A DNA stretch of 64,000 nucleotides from NCBI GenBank assembly GCA_033763315.1, contig JANRKS010000019.1:224001-288000 (forward strand). The letters are read 5' to 3'. Each line of letters starts with the position of its first letter. The stretch's first letter is position 1. A model generated the notes under the pieces. It was not told the DNA's origin. It searched no databases and saw only the letters and a program-made list of their open reading frames with translations. The position numbers and the translations under genes were made by a program. The DNA comes from Deltaproteobacteria bacterium (GTDB lineage Bacteria > Myxococcota_A > Polyangia > Fen-1088). Of this stretch, positions 1-9,787 are shown in pieces.

Positions 1-576
1 CGTGGCGCGCTCGTGGCACACGAAATGGTTGCCCGCGGGATCAAAGACACCCAAATCCGTGATGATGCGCTTCACGCACGCCAGCGCCGTGGTGGGCAGC
101 GTGAGGGATTGCACCAGTTTCGGTGTGCCGTCTTTGGCGGCGTGGGTTTGCAACACCACCACGCGTTTGGCCCCCGCGGCCAGATCCATCGCGCCCCCCA
201 TACCCGTCACCATCTTGCCTGGCACCGCCCAGTTGGCCAAATCACCGCTGACACTCACTTCCAGACCACCAAGGATGGCCAGGTCCACGTGGCCACCGCG
301 AATCATCGCGAACGATTGCGCCGAATCAAAAACGCTGGCGCCCGGCAACGCCGTGACCAGTTGTTTGCCCGCGTTGATGAGCTGCGGATCGATTTCGTCC
401 TCGTAAGGGAAAGGGCCCATACCTAGGAGGCCGTTCTCGGAATGCAACACCACGTGCACGCCGGGCGGCACAACGTTGGCCACCAACGTGGGCATGCCGA
501 TGCCCAAGTTCACAACTTGGCCCGAACGCAACTCGAGGCCCGCACGCACAACCATATCGTCCCGCGACCAACTCAT
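1..576 (-). CDS. 3-oxoacid CoA-transferase subunit B (runs off the left edge)
   Basis: Manual reverse translation from ATG at 576 gives [34 protein letters not shown]...[16 protein letters not shown] and SENG are class I CoA-transferase beta motifs. ATGA overlap with subunit A. Confidence 0.9.
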   Translation of the reverse strand, partial: MSWSRDDMVVRAGLELRSGQVVNLGIGMPTLVANVVPPGVHVVLHSENGLLGMGPFPYEDEIDPQLINAGKQLVTALPGASVFDSAQSFAMIRGGHVDLAILGGLEVSVSGDLANWAVPGKMVTGMGGAMDLAAGAKRVVVLQTHAAKDGTPKLVQSLTLPTTALACVKRIITDLGVFDPAGNHFVCHERAT

Positions 577-1286
577 GGTGCGCCTCGCGTGCGGGTGGTG
601 CGGTGTTCGATGGTGTTTTTGTGATCGCGGGCCTCGAACAGGCGGGTCACGTAAATTCCGGGCAGGTGCACGTCGTCGGGATCCAGGTCTCCGCGTCCCA
701 CCAGCTTATCAACCTCGGCCACCGTGATCTTGGCGGCCGTGGCCACAAGCGGGTTGAAGTTGCGCGCCGTGCGGGCAAAGCGCAGGTTGCCATCGGGATC
801 GCCCACGGCGGCGCGCACGATGGCAAAGTCTGCCACCAACGGTGATTCCAGCACGTAAAGCTGGCCGTCGATCTCGCGCACCTCTTTGCCCTCCGCCACC
901 ACGGTGCCAACGCCCGTGCGTGTGAAGAAGCCGCCGATGCCAGCACCGCCGGCACGAATGCGTTCGGCCAAGGTGCCCTGCGGGTTCAACTCCACTTCGA
1001 TTTGTTTGGCGAGGTATTGCGCTTCGAGATCGGGGTTGCCCCCGATGAAGCTGCAGATCACTTTCTGCACTTGGCGCTGTTGCAGCAGCACCGCGAGCCC
1101 TTGGCCTTGGTTGCCACAGTTGTTGCTGATGATCGTTAGATCGCGCACGCCGAGACGCGCGATTTCGGCGATGCAATGCTCGGCGTTGCCACACAGCCCA
1201 AAGCCGCCCGCCATAACGCGCATTCCGTCTGACAGGCCCAGCAACGCCTCCTGCGCGTTGGCCACCACCTTCGAGCCCGGCATCAT
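573..1286 (-). CDS. 3-oxoacid CoA-transferase subunit A
   Basis: [30 protein letters not shown] and ARNFNP motifs. Start chosen at the ATGA overlap with the upstream stop. Confidence 0.93.
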   Translation of the reverse strand: MMPGSKVVANAQEALLGLSDGMRVMAGGFGLCGNAEHCIAEIARLGVRDLTIISNNCGNQGQGLAVLLQQRQVQKVICSFIGGNPDLEAQYLAKQIEVELNPQGTLAERIRAGGAGIGGFFTRTGVGTVVAEGKEVREIDGQLYVLESPLVADFAIVRAAVGDPDGNLRFARTARNFNPLVATAAKITVAEVDKLVGRGDLDPDDVHLPGIYVTRLFEARDHKNTIEHRTTRTRGAP

Positions 1287-2563
1287 GTGGACCACACCTC
1301 ATCGATCGCGGCACCCAACCGTTCGATGCCATCTTCGAGCTCTTCCTCGGAGATCACCAGGGGCGGCGCCAAGAACACCAAGTTGTCACGCTTGTGCAAG
1401 TGAATGCGCAGCTCGGTTAGTTTGGCCGCGAGTCGTTTCATGCGCTCGGCACTGGCGACGGACGGCGCGTGGGGCTCGTTAAGTTCAATCGCCCACAGCA
1501 GGCCCACGCCGCGCACGTCGCGGACGAACGGGCGGTTCCGCGTCCACAACGGCAACCGCCGCTTAAGCCACTCACCCAAACGCGCGGCCTTTGGGATCAG
1601 CGATTCTTTTTTGTAAATGTCCACCGCCGCAGCGATTGCCGCGCACGATAACGGATGGGCGTAATTGGTGAGGCCACAACGCAGTGGCAAATCATCAAAG
1701 TGTCGCGCCACGCGGCCGCTAGCGATCACGGCACCACCCGGCGCGTAGCCACCCGTGAGGCCCTTGGCACACGTGAGTAGATCGGGCGAAGCGCCGTCAT
1801 GATCCACCGCGAACCAGCGGCCCGTGCGGCCGAAGCCGGAAAGCACTTCGTCGGCGATGAACAGCACGCCGTAGCGATCGCAGATCTGGCGAATGTTTCG
1901 GTAATACGATCGCGGCGGTGGGAACACACCGTTGGCGCCCACGACGCCTTCAAGGATGACGGCCGCCACGGTGTCGGGCCCTTCGGCTTTAAGCAACGCC
2001 TCCAGATCGCCTTCACAGGGGTTGGCCGAATAGGGATCGCTCCAGGGCACGCCCACCGAAACGCCCACATCAAATCCCAGCTTGCGTGAATCGCCCGACA
2101 TCGCCAGCATCGCCAGCGTGGCGCCGTGATAGCTGCGATCGCGGTAAACGATTTTGCGGCGCCCCGTGAACTGCAGCGCAATCTTGATGGCGTTCTCGTT
2201 GGCTTCGGCGCCCGACAAACACAAAAACACTTTGCCCGACGCCAACCCGGGAGGGGCAACGTCGAGCAGGCGTTCCGCGGCCAGCGTTTTTTCCGGGAAC
2301 ACAGCCGAAGGCGTCACCAACAACGATCGTTCCGCCGCGGCCATCAGGGCCTGCCGCATGCCGGGGTGGCCGTGCCCAAGGTTGGCGTTCCACACCATGC
2401 TGCCGAGGTCCAACCAATGGGCCCCTTGCGCGGTGTGGAATGTGGCGCCTTGGCCGCCCACGATCTCAAGTGGCACCGCATCTTTCTGGGCGGTCCACGT
2501 GAAGAAGGTTTTATGAGCCTGAGCAGGCGTGGGGGTGGGTCGAGGCGGTCTTGGGGATCTCAT
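1283..2563 (-). CDS. class III PLP-dependent (omega) aminotransferase
   Basis: SGAEANE, SYHG, FIADEVLSGFGRTG and the PLP lysine in TCAKGLTGG. Confidence 0.92.
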   Translation of the reverse strand: MRSPRPPRPTPTPAQAHKTFFTWTAQKDAVPLEIVGGQGATFHTAQGAHWLDLGSMVWNANLGHGHPGMRQALMAAAERSLLVTPSAVFPEKTLAAERLLDVAPPGLASGKVFLCLSGAEANENAIKIALQFTGRRKIVYRDRSYHGATLAMLAMSGDSRKLGFDVGVSVGVPWSDPYSANPCEGDLEALLKAEGPDTVAAVILEGVVGANGVFPPPRSYYRNIRQICDRYGVLFIADEVLSGFGRTGRWFAVDHDGASPDLLTCAKGLTGGYAPGGAVIASGRVARHFDDLPLRCGLTNYAHPLSCAAIAAAVDIYKKESLIPKAARLGEWLKRRLPLWTRNRPFVRDVRGVGLLWAIELNEPHAPSVASAERMKRLAAKLTELRIHLHKRDNLVFLAPPLVISEEELEDGIERLGAAIDEVWST

Positions 2564-3861
2564 GCAGAATTCGCTGTCACGGACACGAAGATTTCCGCCG
2601 CCGCCGCCGCCTGAGACTCAGTGATGATGAGGGGAGGGGAAAGCCTTATGGCCTTATCTCCACATTCTAGAACCAGAAGCCCGCGGGCAAAACATTCTTG
2701 CGAGATCCGATCGGCTTCTTGGTCGGTGCTGAACTCGACGCCAATCATCAACCCCAGGCCGCGGACTTCAACCACATTTGGCAACGCAGTCAAACGTTCC
2801 TCAAGTGTCGCACGAAACACGCCGCCTACACGATCAGACGCGGCCACGAGACCGCTTTCAAGCAGATCAAGTGTGGCCAAGGCCGAGGCGATGCAAACAG
2901 GGTTGCCGCCACAGGTTGAACCGTGGCTGCCAGGGGGCCAAGTCATGACGTTCTTACGTGCGACCAGCGCACCCAGTGGCATGCCCGAAGCCAAACCCTT
3001 GGCCAAGGTGAACATGTCGGGTACCACACCAAAATGTTCGGCGGAGAACATTCGTCCCGTGCGGCCCATGCCTGATTGCACTTCATCAAACACCAACATG
3101 ATGCCGTGCTTGTCGCAAATGGCGCGCAGCTGCTGCAAGAACGCGACGTCGGGCACGATGTAGCCGCCTTCCCCCAGCACCGGTTCAACAATGATGGCCG
3201 CCACATCGTCTGGATTCACGGTGCGCGGGAACAATTCCTTCTCGATGAAGTCAGCGTTGCCATAGGGCGCATGGTGCACCCCCGAGAGCAACGTGCCAAA
3301 GTGTTTGCGGTATTTCGCCTTCGACGCTGTGAGCGACAACGAGCCATACGTGCGGCCATGAAAGCCGCCGCGAAACGCGATGAAATCCGTGCGACGCGTG
3401 TGAAAGCGTGACAGCTTCAGCGACGCCTCGACGGCTTCGGTGCCCGAGTTTGTGAGGAAGGTCTGCCATCCCACAGGCGCGCCCAACGCCGCCTGCGCAA
3501 ACGCGTCCGCGTGAGCTCCTAAGCGGCCGCACAGATCGCCGTACCCGGGGTAGAAAAAATCGGTGCCACAAATGTGCACCAGTGTTTCGGCCTGTTTGTT
3601 CATCGCCTCAACAATGCGCGGGTGGCAGTGGCCGGTGGAGGCTGCGGCCACGCCGGCTTGCGCGTCCAAGAAAACGTTGCCGTCAACGTCGCGCACCATA
3701 CAGCCCGCCGCCCGGTCCACCATCAGCGGGTACACATGGATGAGCGACGGTGACATGTGTTGTTTTGCCTCGGCAATGCGCTTGGCAGCCACGGGCCCCG
3801 GCAGCGCCGTGGTGATTGTGATCGGTGACAGCGCCAGCGCTTCAAAGTCTTCAAGTGACAT
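2560..3861 (-). CDS. class III aminotransferase, 4-aminobutyrate/ornithine omega-aminotransferase-like
   Basis: NSGTEA, FHGRT, EPVLGEGGY, DEVQSGMGRTG and TLAKGLASG. Substrate is inferred. Confidence 0.9.
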   Translation of the reverse strand: MSLEDFEALALSPITITTALPGPVAAKRIAEAKQHMSPSLIHVYPLMVDRAAGCMVRDVDGNVFLDAQAGVAAASTGHCHPRIVEAMNKQAETLVHICGTDFFYPGYGDLCGRLGAHADAFAQAALGAPVGWQTFLTNSGTEAVEASLKLSRFHTRRTDFIAFRGGFHGRTYGSLSLTASKAKYRKHFGTLLSGVHHAPYGNADFIEKELFPRTVNPDDVAAIIVEPVLGEGGYIVPDVAFLQQLRAICDKHGIMLVFDEVQSGMGRTGRMFSAEHFGVVPDMFTLAKGLASGMPLGALVARKNVMTWPPGSHGSTCGGNPVCIASALATLDLLESGLVAASDRVGGVFRATLEERLTALPNVVEVRGLGLMIGVEFSTDQEADRISQECFARGLLVLECGDKAIRLSPPLIITESQAAAAAEIFVSVTANSA

Positions 3862-3876
3862 GATGCCTCCCTCGCA

Positions 3877-5445
3877 TTAACCAACCACGGTTCGGCTTTG
3901 CTCGCGTCCGTAGCAACCCAAGGTGTAGATACCGCCGATGTTCTTGCCGCTGGAGCCGCTGCCCTTCCAGCCACCAAACGGCTGGACGCCCGGCCATGCG
4001 CCCGTGGTGGCGCCGGCGGCGCGGTTGACGTAAACCACGCCTGCCTCGATGCGCTCCAAGAAGGCGTCGATTTCGTTTTGTTTGCTGCTGAAAAAACCGG
4101 CCGTCAATCCCAACGCTGTGTCGTTGGCCAGCGCCAAGCCTTCTTCCAAAGTGCGAATCTTATGGACCGACAAGATCGGCACAAACAGTTCTTCTTTGAC
4201 GAGCTGGTGATCATGCGGAAGGCCCATCAACAAAGCGGGCTGGGCAAAATATCCCGCGGCGAAAGCCCCATCCTGCAAAACGTTGCCGCCCTCGAGCAAC
4301 GCGCCAGCTTCGCGGGCGAGGGCGTTGTATCGAACGTAGTCATCTAGGCTGCTTTTTGTAGCGAGCGGGCCCACAAACACTTCGCGCTCCAACGGGTTCC
4401 CGATGTCGGTCGCACGCATTTTCTCGCGCAGCTTGGCAAGGAAGGCATTTGCCACCTTCTCGTGCACATACACGCGTGAGCACGCCGAGCACTTGTGGCC
4501 GTTCATACCAAACGCAGAACGGTAGACCCCCGCGACGGCTTGATCGACGTCGGCGCTGTCCATGATGAGGGCGGGGTTCTTGCCACCCATCTCCACGATG
4601 CAGGGCCGCGGGTACGTGACAGAGAAGCGTCGATAGAGCTGGTGAAAGCCGACCTCGTAAGAGCCGGTGAAGGTGGCGCCAGCCACGCGTTCATCGCTTA
4701 CCAAAGCCTCACCCAACACACGACCACCGCCCGTTATCAGGTTTACGACGCCCGCCGGGAAACCCGCTTCGATGAACAAGTCAATCAAAGTGGCACCTGT
4801 GATTGGCGTTTCAGACGAAGGCTTGGCAATGACGGTGTTGCCCATCAAAAGAGCCGCCGCCACTGGCGCTCCAAGCAGTGCGTACGGAAAATTCCACGGA
4901 GCGATCACAGCCCATGCGCCGTAGGGTCGCAGGACGCTCGTGTTTTTGTCTGCAGGGTGCAGCGATGCCATCGGCTTTACGAAGCCGTGGGCTTCGGCCA
5001 TGCGATCGTTGTAATAGTTGATGAGATCGGCTGTCTCTTCCACTTCACCCAACGCTTCAGCGCGGTTCTTGCCCATCTCCGCCATCAGCAACGCGGCCAG
5101 TGAATGACGCCGGTGGCGAATGAGCCTTGCCACTTTTCCCAGCAGTTCAGCGCGGGTTTCCCAGGGCGTTGCACGCCATGCGGGGAAGGCTGTGTGTGCG
5201 GCGGCGATGGCGTCTTGCACGTCTTGCGCGCGTGCACTGGCAGCGTGGCCGACCACGATGTTGCGGTCGATGGGGCTTGTGCTGGCAGTGGTGTCGCTTG
5301 TGGAGCGGTGTGTGCCACCGATGAACAGCTGTGTGGTTCGGCCGAACGTGGCTTTAACGGCGTCGATGGCGCTAGCAAAAGCGGCGCGCGACGGCTCGTC
5401 ATCGGCCGACAGCGTGACATAGGTTACTTTCGACTCGCTGCCCAT
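3877..5445 (-). CDS. aldehyde dehydrogenase, 1-pyrroline-5-carboxylate dehydrogenase (RocA/PruA)-like
   Basis: APWNFP, FTGSYEVG, EMGGKN, GHKCSACSR, EELF and QPFGGWKGSG. Start placed at MGSESKV; the ORF-track extension to 5913 overlaps the divergent HU promoter and gene. Confidence 0.88.
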   Translation of the reverse strand: MGSESKVTYVTLSADDEPSRAAFASAIDAVKATFGRTTQLFIGGTHRSTSDTTASTSPIDRNIVVGHAASARAQDVQDAIAAAHTAFPAWRATPWETRAELLGKVARLIRHRRHSLAALLMAEMGKNRAEALGEVEETADLINYYNDRMAEAHGFVKPMASLHPADKNTSVLRPYGAWAVIAPWNFPYALLGAPVAAALLMGNTVIAKPSSETPITGATLIDLFIEAGFPAGVVNLITGGGRVLGEALVSDERVAGATFTGSYEVGFHQLYRRFSVTYPRPCIVEMGGKNPALIMDSADVDQAVAGVYRSAFGMNGHKCSACSRVYVHEKVANAFLAKLREKMRATDIGNPLEREVFVGPLATKSSLDDYVRYNALAREAGALLEGGNVLQDGAFAAGYFAQPALLMGLPHDHQLVKEELFVPILSVHKIRTLEEGLALANDTALGLTAGFFSSKQNEIDAFLERIEAGVVYVNRAAGATTGAWPGVQPFGGWKGSGSSGKNIGGIYTLGCYGREQSRTVVG

Positions 5446-5452
5446 AACATTG

Positions 5453-5481
5453 AGCGTAAGCCCCCGCGCGTCGCGCGGCAA
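5453..5481 (-). promoter_or_regulatory. putative sigma70 promoter of the catabolic operon (leaderless type)
   Basis: TTGCCG-N17-TACGCT, with the -10 lying 7 nt before ATG 5445. Confidence 0.45.
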
Positions 5482-5763
5482 GTTGAGCGGCAGTTGCGCG
5501 GCCCGATGTTGCTCTTGATGTAGGCACTGTGCCACACGACGATTCATGGAGCGCAAGTCATGGGCGATGTTGCGAGTGCGCACGCGGCTTAGCGTGCGCC
5601 TGCCACTCGCGTGAACCACACATGCAGTTTGCGCAAGCCAAACTTCAAAGCGAATCGAGCGGACTTTTCCGAAACAATGCGTATTTTTGTGGGGACCGTG
5701 CCGCCTCAAGCCCCGCCAGAATCCACCACTTAGACGTGCGAAAAAAGAAGCCGGTTTTCGGCG

Positions 5764-5792
5764 TTGACACTCGCAAGGTCGGTCCCTATTCT
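5764..5792 (+). promoter_or_regulatory. putative sigma70 promoter of the HU gene
   Basis: TTGACA-N17-TATTCT. Confidence 0.6.
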
Positions 5793-5832
5793 CAGCCGCC
5801 TTGCGGATTCGTCCAGGGGTGCAAAAAGCGAA

Positions 5833-6165
5833 ATGACGAAGGCAGAGCTCATTGAGAGGGTGGCAGCGCGGAAGGATCTTCCGCGGGGATTGACCAAGAA
5901 GGCTGTGGCTCAAATGGTCGATGCGGTGTTCTTAGAAATCGGCGATTATTTCATTCGCGCCCGCATCGGCAAAACGCCCGCACGGCTTTCATATCCGGGC
6001 TTCGGAACGTTCACGAAGCGCAAGAAGAACGCGCGGACGGTGCGCAACCCGCAGACGGGCGAACCCATCTTGATTCCCAGCCAAGCCACGGTGTCGTTCA
6101 CGCCCAGCCAAGATCTGAAGTCGTTGATGAACGAGCTGGCGCAGCCGAAACGCGCGCAGCGCTAG
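5833..6165 (+). CDS. HU/IHF family DNA-binding protein
   Basis: MTKAELIERVA, GFGTF and RNPQTGEPILIP signature. Confidence 0.92.
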   Translation: MTKAELIERVAARKDLPRGLTKKAVAQMVDAVFLEIGDYFIRARIGKTPARLSYPGFGTFTKRKKNARTVRNPQTGEPILIPSQATVSFTPSQDLKSLMNELAQPKRAQR

Positions 6166-6243
6166 TCACGCGCACGGCGCTAGTCTATAGACCGCGTCCG
6201 GTCTTGTGGCATGACTGCCACCGGCGACTACACTTGCAAAGTG

Positions 6244-7092
6244 ATGACACGGATTCTGTTTGTGTTCGCGATGGCACTCGCTGCGCCAGCCTTGGCAGCG
6301 CCTAAAAAGGCAACGCCGCGCAAGCTTGTGATCATTGATCCGGAACTTGCGGTCACGGGCGAAAAAACGCAGGGCTTCATCGACGCCTTCGTTGCGCGAC
6401 TGGAAACGGTGGCGGGGTGGAAGCCTGGATCGCTTTCGGGGAAAGGCTTCTTGTCCGTCGAAGCGGCCGCGGAATATCTCAAGACGCAACGGCCGGCGTT
6501 TGCGCTTTTGGCCTCGCACGCGTTCGTGGTGTTGCGGCAGAAGCAAAAGCTGCTCGTGCTGGGGCATGCGGGCGTGTGGGATCCGAAGAAGCTGGCGTAT
6601 CGCGGGCTCGCGCTGGTGAACAGCAACGTGGGGGCGTTGCCTCATCAACAGCCGGGGATGCGGCTGGCCACCGACATCAAAGACATGCAGTGGTTGAACG
6701 TACTTTTCGATGGTTTGCTCAAGCCTGAAACCCACTTTCAGTTTGTGCCGGCGAAGAACGAGAACGAAGCCGTGGCAGCCGTGCGTGAGAAGCGCGCTGA
6801 CATGGCGTTGGTGTGGGGCGAACACCTCGACCGTTACAAAGACGATCTGAGATCTGAGGGTGGCAAGCTGCGCGTGGCTTTCAACTCGGCACCATTGCCG
6901 CCGCTGGCGCTGGTGGCAATGACGAAGAACACCACCGTTGCTGACACGAAAACGTTGGCCAAGGCCGTGGCCGAAGTGTGCAAAGGCAAACCGAACATCG
7001 ACACGTGTGCGAATTTGGGTTTCTTGTCTTTGGTGCCGGGCCCTGAAGAACTGCACCCCCACCTGGCTTATAAATACGACAACTACAAATAG
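6244..7092 (+). CDS. secreted periplasmic-binding-fold protein (PhnD/phosphonate-binding-like)
   Basis: Signal peptide (ALA-A), AVAAVREKRADMAL and SAPLPPLAL segments typical of type 2 PBPs. No ABC permease adjacent. Confidence 0.55.
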   Translation: MTRILFVFAMALAAPALAAPKKATPRKLVIIDPELAVTGEKTQGFIDAFVARLETVAGWKPGSLSGKGFLSVEAAAEYLKTQRPAFALLASHAFVVLRQKQKLLVLGHAGVWDPKKLAYRGLALVNSNVGALPHQQPGMRLATDIKDMQWLNVLFDGLLKPETHFQFVPAKNENEAVAAVREKRADMALVWGEHLDRYKDDLRSEGGKLRVAFNSAPLPPLALVAMTKNTTVADTKTLAKAVAEVCKGKPNIDTCANLGFLSLVPGPEELHPHLAYKYDNYK

Positions 7093-7099
7093 GCTTAGG

Positions 7100-8224
7100 A
7101 TGCGCCGCCTTCGCCTTCCTGTGTGGTTGGCTTGTTGTTTTGCTTGGGCCCTGGTTGGTTGTGCAACGGGGCCGCCTTGGTTTCTGGGCGCGCCTGTGCC
7201 TCCAAGCCCTGTTTCGGCGAAAGCCAACCGTGCGCCTTCGCACATTGAGGCAGACCTTCGCTCGTGCTTGCTGCAACAAGACCAGGTGTGTGCGGTGGCA
7301 CTGTTAACAGAGCTGCAACAACGGCGTCCTTTGCACGCTGACGAAGCGCAGTGGCTGGGAAGCTTGTTGTGGGCTCGTGCCAACCGGTACGCGGCGGCGA
7401 ACCAACATCGCGCGGCCGTTCGTGCCTATCGTGGCGCACAGGCGTTCGTTGATCTGCCTCCCGTGGTGCCGTGGCACTTGCAAGCGGGCGATGAAGCACT
7501 AGGCACGGGAGAGATCGACGAAGCGCAACAGCATTACAAACGCGCGATGCAGTTGCAGCCGGCGCACCCCGGTTTGCTTTTGCGCGCGTGGCTTTTGTCG
7601 GTGACGTCGGCGCAAAGCGTCCCGCACTTTGCGCAACAGGCGCCGTCGCTCGTTGACATCGGCCACGTTTTGCTCGCGCATCCCGCGCACGGCTTTGCTG
7701 AAGTGGCACACGCGTACCTAAGCCTAGGCGGCGCCGATCCCCTAGTTTTGCAGGCCGCGCTGAGGATCGCTGCCGCTGCCGATGACGAGGCACTTGAACA
7801 CTCTGTAAGGGCAGTCGGTGGCGCGGCTGATTTAGGGACGTTTTCGCGTTTTGCAAACAGAGTCGTCGCTTGCCCTGACGAGGCGTTGGTGCGGGCCGAC
7901 GTGCAGGCCAATCCTGAAACGTTGGCCGCCGCCGCCTGTGCCATGCAAAGCGGTGGGATGGCGTGGGCCGAACGACTGGTGAGCCGCGCCTTGTCGAACG
8001 CCGGCGACCCCGCGGCCACGCTCTTCGGTGCAGCCTTGTTGTGGGAGGCACATGGCGACCAAACGAGGGCTTGCAACGCTTGGTCGCGGCTGGCCATTCA
8101 GAGCCGCCGCCGCGTTCTCGCCCAACTTAAAGGGCGCTTCGACGCTTGCTCCGCCTTGTTTCCACAACTGCGGCCGGGCACATCGACCGCTGCAGACCTG
8201 CAAAGCGACGGCCTTCCGCTATAA
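7100..8224 (+). CDS. putative lipoprotein with TPR-like repeats
   Basis: Lipobox-like LVGC, Ala/Leu-rich helices, TPR-like GEIDEAQQHYKRAMQLQP. Confidence 0.55.
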   Translation: MRRLRLPVWLACCFAWALVGCATGPPWFLGAPVPPSPVSAKANRAPSHIEADLRSCLLQQDQVCAVALLTELQQRRPLHADEAQWLGSLLWARANRYAAANQHRAAVRAYRGAQAFVDLPPVVPWHLQAGDEALGTGEIDEAQQHYKRAMQLQPAHPGLLLRAWLLSVTSAQSVPHFAQQAPSLVDIGHVLLAHPAHGFAEVAHAYLSLGGADPLVLQAALRIAAAADDEALEHSVRAVGGAADLGTFSRFANRVVACPDEALVRADVQANPETLAAAACAMQSGGMAWAERLVSRALSNAGDPAATLFGAALLWEAHGDQTRACNAWSRLAIQSRRRVLAQLKGRFDACSALFPQLRPGTSTAADLQSDGLPL

Positions 8225-8232
8225 ATGCAGGC

Positions 8233-8556
8233 ATGTCAGCTGAACCGTCATTGTTGGTGGTGCATGTTTTCGTAAACGTTTTGCCTCAACACGTGCAGGC
8301 CTTCAAAGCCGCCACGGTTGCCAACGCCAGCGCCAGCGTAAAGGAGCCGGGGATCGCACGTTTTGATGTCGTTCAAGATCGAGACGACGAAACACGGTTC
8401 GTGTTGGTGGAGGCATACAAAGACGCAGCCGCGGCCGCCGCTCACAAGGAAACCCCGCACTATAAGGTGTGGCGCGATGCTGTGGCGCCGATGATGGCCA
8501 GCCCACGCGAAAGCCGAAAGTTTGCCAACGTTTTTCCGGACAACAGCGGTTGGTGA
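8233..8556 (+). CDS. ABM-family (LsrG/putative quinol monooxygenase) protein
   Basis: EPGIARFDV, FVLVEAY and AHKETPHYKVWR. Confidence 0.85.
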   Translation: MSAEPSLLVVHVFVNVLPQHVQAFKAATVANASASVKEPGIARFDVVQDRDDETRFVLVEAYKDAAAAAAHKETPHYKVWRDAVAPMMASPRESRKFANVFPDNSGW

Positions 8557-9707
8557 TGGGCGCGGTCTTCGAGTTCGCCACGGCGACGCGCATTGTGTTC
8601 GGTGCAGGGAAGGCTGCACTGGTGCCTGCCTTGGTCAAGGAATGTGGCGCAAGCAAAGTTCTGATCGTCACCGGGAAGCGGACAGAGCGCGCGCAACCCT
8701 TGGCTTTGGCACTCGCCGGTTTAGGGGTCGAACACGCGGTGTTCCCGATCGACGGTGAGCCCACGGTCGATCACGTGCGCCGTGGCGTGCTGGTGGGGCG
8801 TGGATGCGATGCGGTTGTGGGGTGGGGCGGGGGCAGCGCGCTTGATGGCGGCAAAGCCATCGCGGCTTTGTTGGGCAACGGCGGGGATCCGTTGGACTAC
8901 TTAGAAGTTGTGGGCCGTGGCCAAACCTTGTCTCGGCCTTCCCTGCCATTCGTGGCTGTGCCCACCACCGCAGGCACTGGTTCTGAGGTCACGCGCAACG
9001 CCGTGCTCGGTGTGCCGCAAAGCCAAGTGAAGGCAAGTTTGCGCAGCCCCTTCATGTTGCCTTCCGTGGCGGTTGTGGATCCTGATTTGCTGATCGGGCT
9101 GCCTACGGAGGTGCTGCGATCAAGCGCGCTTGATGCGTTGGCGCAAAACATCGAGCCGTTCTTGTCGTCCGCCGCAAACCCATTAACGGACGCGCTTTGC
9201 CAGCAGGGCATCGAACGCAGCGCGCGCAGTGTACGCCGCGCCGTTTTGGACGGCCCCGATGGCGCGGCCCGCGACGATCTGGCGCTTGCGAGCTTGTATG
9301 GTGGCTTGGCGTTGGCCAACGCCGGCTTGGGTGCCGTGCATGGGTTTGCCGCGCCCTTGGGAGGCATGTTCAATGCGCCTCACGGCGCTGTGTGTGCGGC
9401 ACTCTTGGCGGCCACCTTGGACGTGAACCACCGGGCCCTGCAATCGCGTGCGCCCACGCATGCGGCTTTACCGCGGTTTGAGAAGCTGGGCTTGTGGCTG
9501 GCGGGCGCTCCCGATGCGGGCGCCGCGGTGGCTTGGGTCATCAGCCTGTGTCGCGACCTGGGTGTACCCGGTCTGGCCACCTATGGGGTTCGCCCCGCCG
9601 ATGTGCCGCAGGTGGTCGCCAAAGCGAAAAGCGCGAGCAGCATGAAGAAGAACCCTCTGGTGCTGACGGACGAAGAATTGACCGAGATTTTGACCCGCTC
9701 GCTCTGA
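8556..9707 (+). CDS. iron-containing alcohol dehydrogenase
   Basis: GGGSALDGGK, VPTTAGTGSEVT, DAL and GAVHGFA...HGAVCA. Confidence 0.92.
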   Translation: MGAVFEFATATRIVFGAGKAALVPALVKECGASKVLIVTGKRTERAQPLALALAGLGVEHAVFPIDGEPTVDHVRRGVLVGRGCDAVVGWGGGSALDGGKAIAALLGNGGDPLDYLEVVGRGQTLSRPSLPFVAVPTTAGTGSEVTRNAVLGVPQSQVKASLRSPFMLPSVAVVDPDLLIGLPTEVLRSSALDALAQNIEPFLSSAANPLTDALCQQGIERSARSVRRAVLDGPDGAARDDLALASLYGGLALANAGLGAVHGFAAPLGGMFNAPHGAVCAALLAATLDVNHRALQSRAPTHAALPRFEKLGLWLAGAPDAGAAVAWVISLCRDLGVPGLATYGVRPADVPQVVAKAKSASSMKKNPLVLTDEELTEILTRSL

Positions 9708-9787
9708 CCGCGCCGACCGCAAACGGCGCGCGGCCGGCTCGCTTTCTTGTTTCGCAACCATTGCACGCCTGTGGTAAAGAGCCGCGC

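Noticed and set aside
5446-5913. N-terminal extensions in the ORF track (ALDH here; likewise asd, imuB, purA, frr and the phosphodiesterase)
   Set aside because: They overlap neighbouring genes or promoters and lack homologous motifs; downstream starts fit family lengths.
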